A DNA stretch of 64,000 nt from Pseudogymnoascus verrucosus. Lineage: Eukaryota. Numbering within the stretch: position 1 is the stretch's first letter; the number at the start of each line of letters is the position of its first letter. Made by a program: the position numbers and the translations under genes. Shown here piece by piece: positions 61,772 through 64,000 of this stretch. A model generated the notes under the pieces. That model did not search any database. It was given only the letters and a program-made list of their open reading frames with translations, and had not been told where the DNA came from. The DNA is taken from the NCBI GenBank assembly GCA_001662655.1, contig KV460208.1. One strand, given 5' to 3'.

Positions 61772-62728
61772 GGGAAATGGGATGCGTACACGAGCGGAGT
61801 TGATGGGACATCATGGCTAGTTTATTATGATCTTTAAGCAATGAATGATGATTAATTATGTGCTATGTTGACAAATCCCATAAAATTGATCGTAGCATAA
61901 GTACTACATAAATGATTCCATATTATTCGGAAATTCATTCAATGGCACATCACAACATCTAGGGCGCAAAAATATGCAATGCTGGTCTTTTGATTCCGAT
62001 GATCCCACTGACCATATATAATCCCCATCTCCAATCAATCTATAGTCAATTTCTCAGATCCCACCTCTCCTACTCCCGAAAAAAACGCCCATCATCCCAT
62101 TCATCTCGGCCCCTTCCAGCCAAGTTTGGTAAGGCGCGCGGAAATGCCAAATATAACCGCAGACCACCAGTCCCATCCACCTCTTATCCTTTCCTAAAAA
62201 TAAAAAAAACCAGAGAGAAAAAAAGTCAAAAGCGCAAAAAAGGGTATTCACAATTGTCCCGAGCGCCCTCCCGCCGAGACAATTCCCAGCGTGCATGCGA
62301 GACGCCAAATATATACAAAACCCCCCTCCTCCTGTAACCGTGCACGGCCGTGCAAGTCGGATCCGCGCCCATTGGCATCTTATTGATTCCCATCCCCGAG
62401 GGTCAATCCGCCAACGCCATAATCATGCTTCCCAGTAGTTTTTATCAATGATGATGAAACTGTACGTTCGTGCGAAACAAAAAATGCACATGAAAAAGAA
62501 AGAACAAAAACGACACTGGCCGCATAAGCGGCCGAAAAGTGGGGAGATGGATAAAAATGAGGTACAGGAAACAAGAGCATCGAGAACACAAAAAATATGT
62601 CTCGGTACGGTGCACTCTACCCAGCCTCGCCCATGAGATGGGCGAGTTGGGAATCCCAATTTTGTAACGCAGCTAGGCTTATCCGGTAAGCTGAAACTAT
62701 ATCTTTGCGGGCCGTTATGAGACCAAGC

Positions 62729-64000
62729 TCATTGTTTTGGGGGCGTGTTAGTGATAGTAGGTGTTGTGCCTCCGCTGTGGGTACTAGAGGGGCGAGAGCG
62801 TTGCTGTTGAGGTTGGGCCTTATGTTTGGCAATAACGGCAAGCTTTCTACGGAGCGTGAGGAGGCGACCTTTGACCATGGCGACAACTGTCGCTAGTTAG
62901 AATTTATGTTAAAAAAGTATATGCTAGTTGAAAAACTCACGTTTCTTGACCGCATCCCGATCATCGACATTGATGCCGTTCACGGGATCATCTGGGTCTT
63001 TCTCTGTCACTTGCGCGGTCCCCACCTTCTTTTGGGGCTCATCGTCATCCTTCTCAAGAATTGCTTCCAACATACGAATTGCAGTAACGTATGAGAGTTC
63101 GCAGCCAACAAGATCTTCGTTTGCAATCTCATTGATGGCGGCCGATCGGCTCATCTCAATAGCTCTATCATACATCAGCCTCTCAGCTGTTGTACCAGCG
63201 CTGAGAAAAACGCCGTCGGCTGTTGAGCTATCTCCTCCATACATCCTCGAATCGTCGGTGTGGTTGCTTGGATGGCCTGGATGGTCCTCGGGGAGTTGTT
63301 TCTGGGCATCGATGAGTTTCAATCGAGAGAACTCCGCCTTTTCAAGAACTTCGTTAAATCGGCTCCGCATCCATTGAACGGCACTGTTTATACGGGCTGC
63401 GGCGACAGCAGTCTCGGTTTTCACGGTAGTTGCGCTACTGGCGGCCTCCGCTCTCTTCTTCTTGTTCCACCATGAATTTGCAATGCCCATCGACTTTGCC
63501 AGCAAAGTCAGAGATTTAACGTATAAAACCAGTGCTTCCTCTGATAACGAAACAACGGCATCAGGTGTGAGGCCATCATCCTCTTGGTCCACTTCCCTTG
63601 CGTTGTTTCCACCCAGGCCATGGTCCATAGACGGCGCAAGCGGGATGAGCTGCTTGTATTTGACCTCTGCAAAGCCATATACAACGTCAGATCTGGTTGC
63701 CAGCGCTTCGATTCTATCGCCTATTTTGACATCCTCATCATTGGATTTTCCGGGTTTGCCGTCAGTGATCATACCAGCAATACCTGGAGAAGTCGCAAAT
63801 CCCGTAAACGCGCCATATAGTTGAGGTGGCGATTGCCCTCTCAGCAATTGCGGCGCGTACCCAGAAATCCCGAAGAGTCTAAGACTTGCATTTGATATGG
63901 CTTTTGTGATCGCAGAAGTTGCCGAGCTGGGACTGCCGTAAGAGCGATCGTACGACGATTTGCGGTGAGGGTTTTGTTTCCCTTGGGCTATCTGCATGCC
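62729..64000 (-). CDS. ATG1: Autophagy kinase Atg1, C-terminal tandem-MIT region; 5' part outside window
   Basis: [75 protein letters not shown]. Intron from 62940 to about 62887; stop at 62729. Confidence 0.93.

Overview
Intron-containing genomic DNA from a filamentous ascomycete (GT-AG introns with CTRAC/CTAAY branch sites; a Leotiomycete such as Pseudogymnoascus is my impression only). Conserved genes: lipase (partial), alpha-arrestin, a large coilin/Mug174-like acidic protein, RPA43, a membrane DnaJ protein, TOM6, indoleamine 2,3-dioxygenase, Kv-beta-type aldo-keto reductase, two allantoate-permease-type MFS transporters, ornithine aminotransferase, GPI10, an NCS1 permease, a DUF3405 protein and ATG1 (partial). 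An accessory, decaying zone (about 19-31 kb) holds small secreted Cys-rich proteins, several pseudogenes, two solo LTRs with perfect 5-bp TSDs, and a RIP-damaged Myb gene facing a short stub that may be a Starship captain relic. Immediately after it is a very regular cluster of three RNA hairpins with a TATA-like start and an oligo-U end (candidate polycistronic small-RNA precursor). A second decayed zone (45.6-50.4 and 53.8-55.4 kb) includes a Sen1 fragment next to a motif array. Everything was read by eye; no searches were run.
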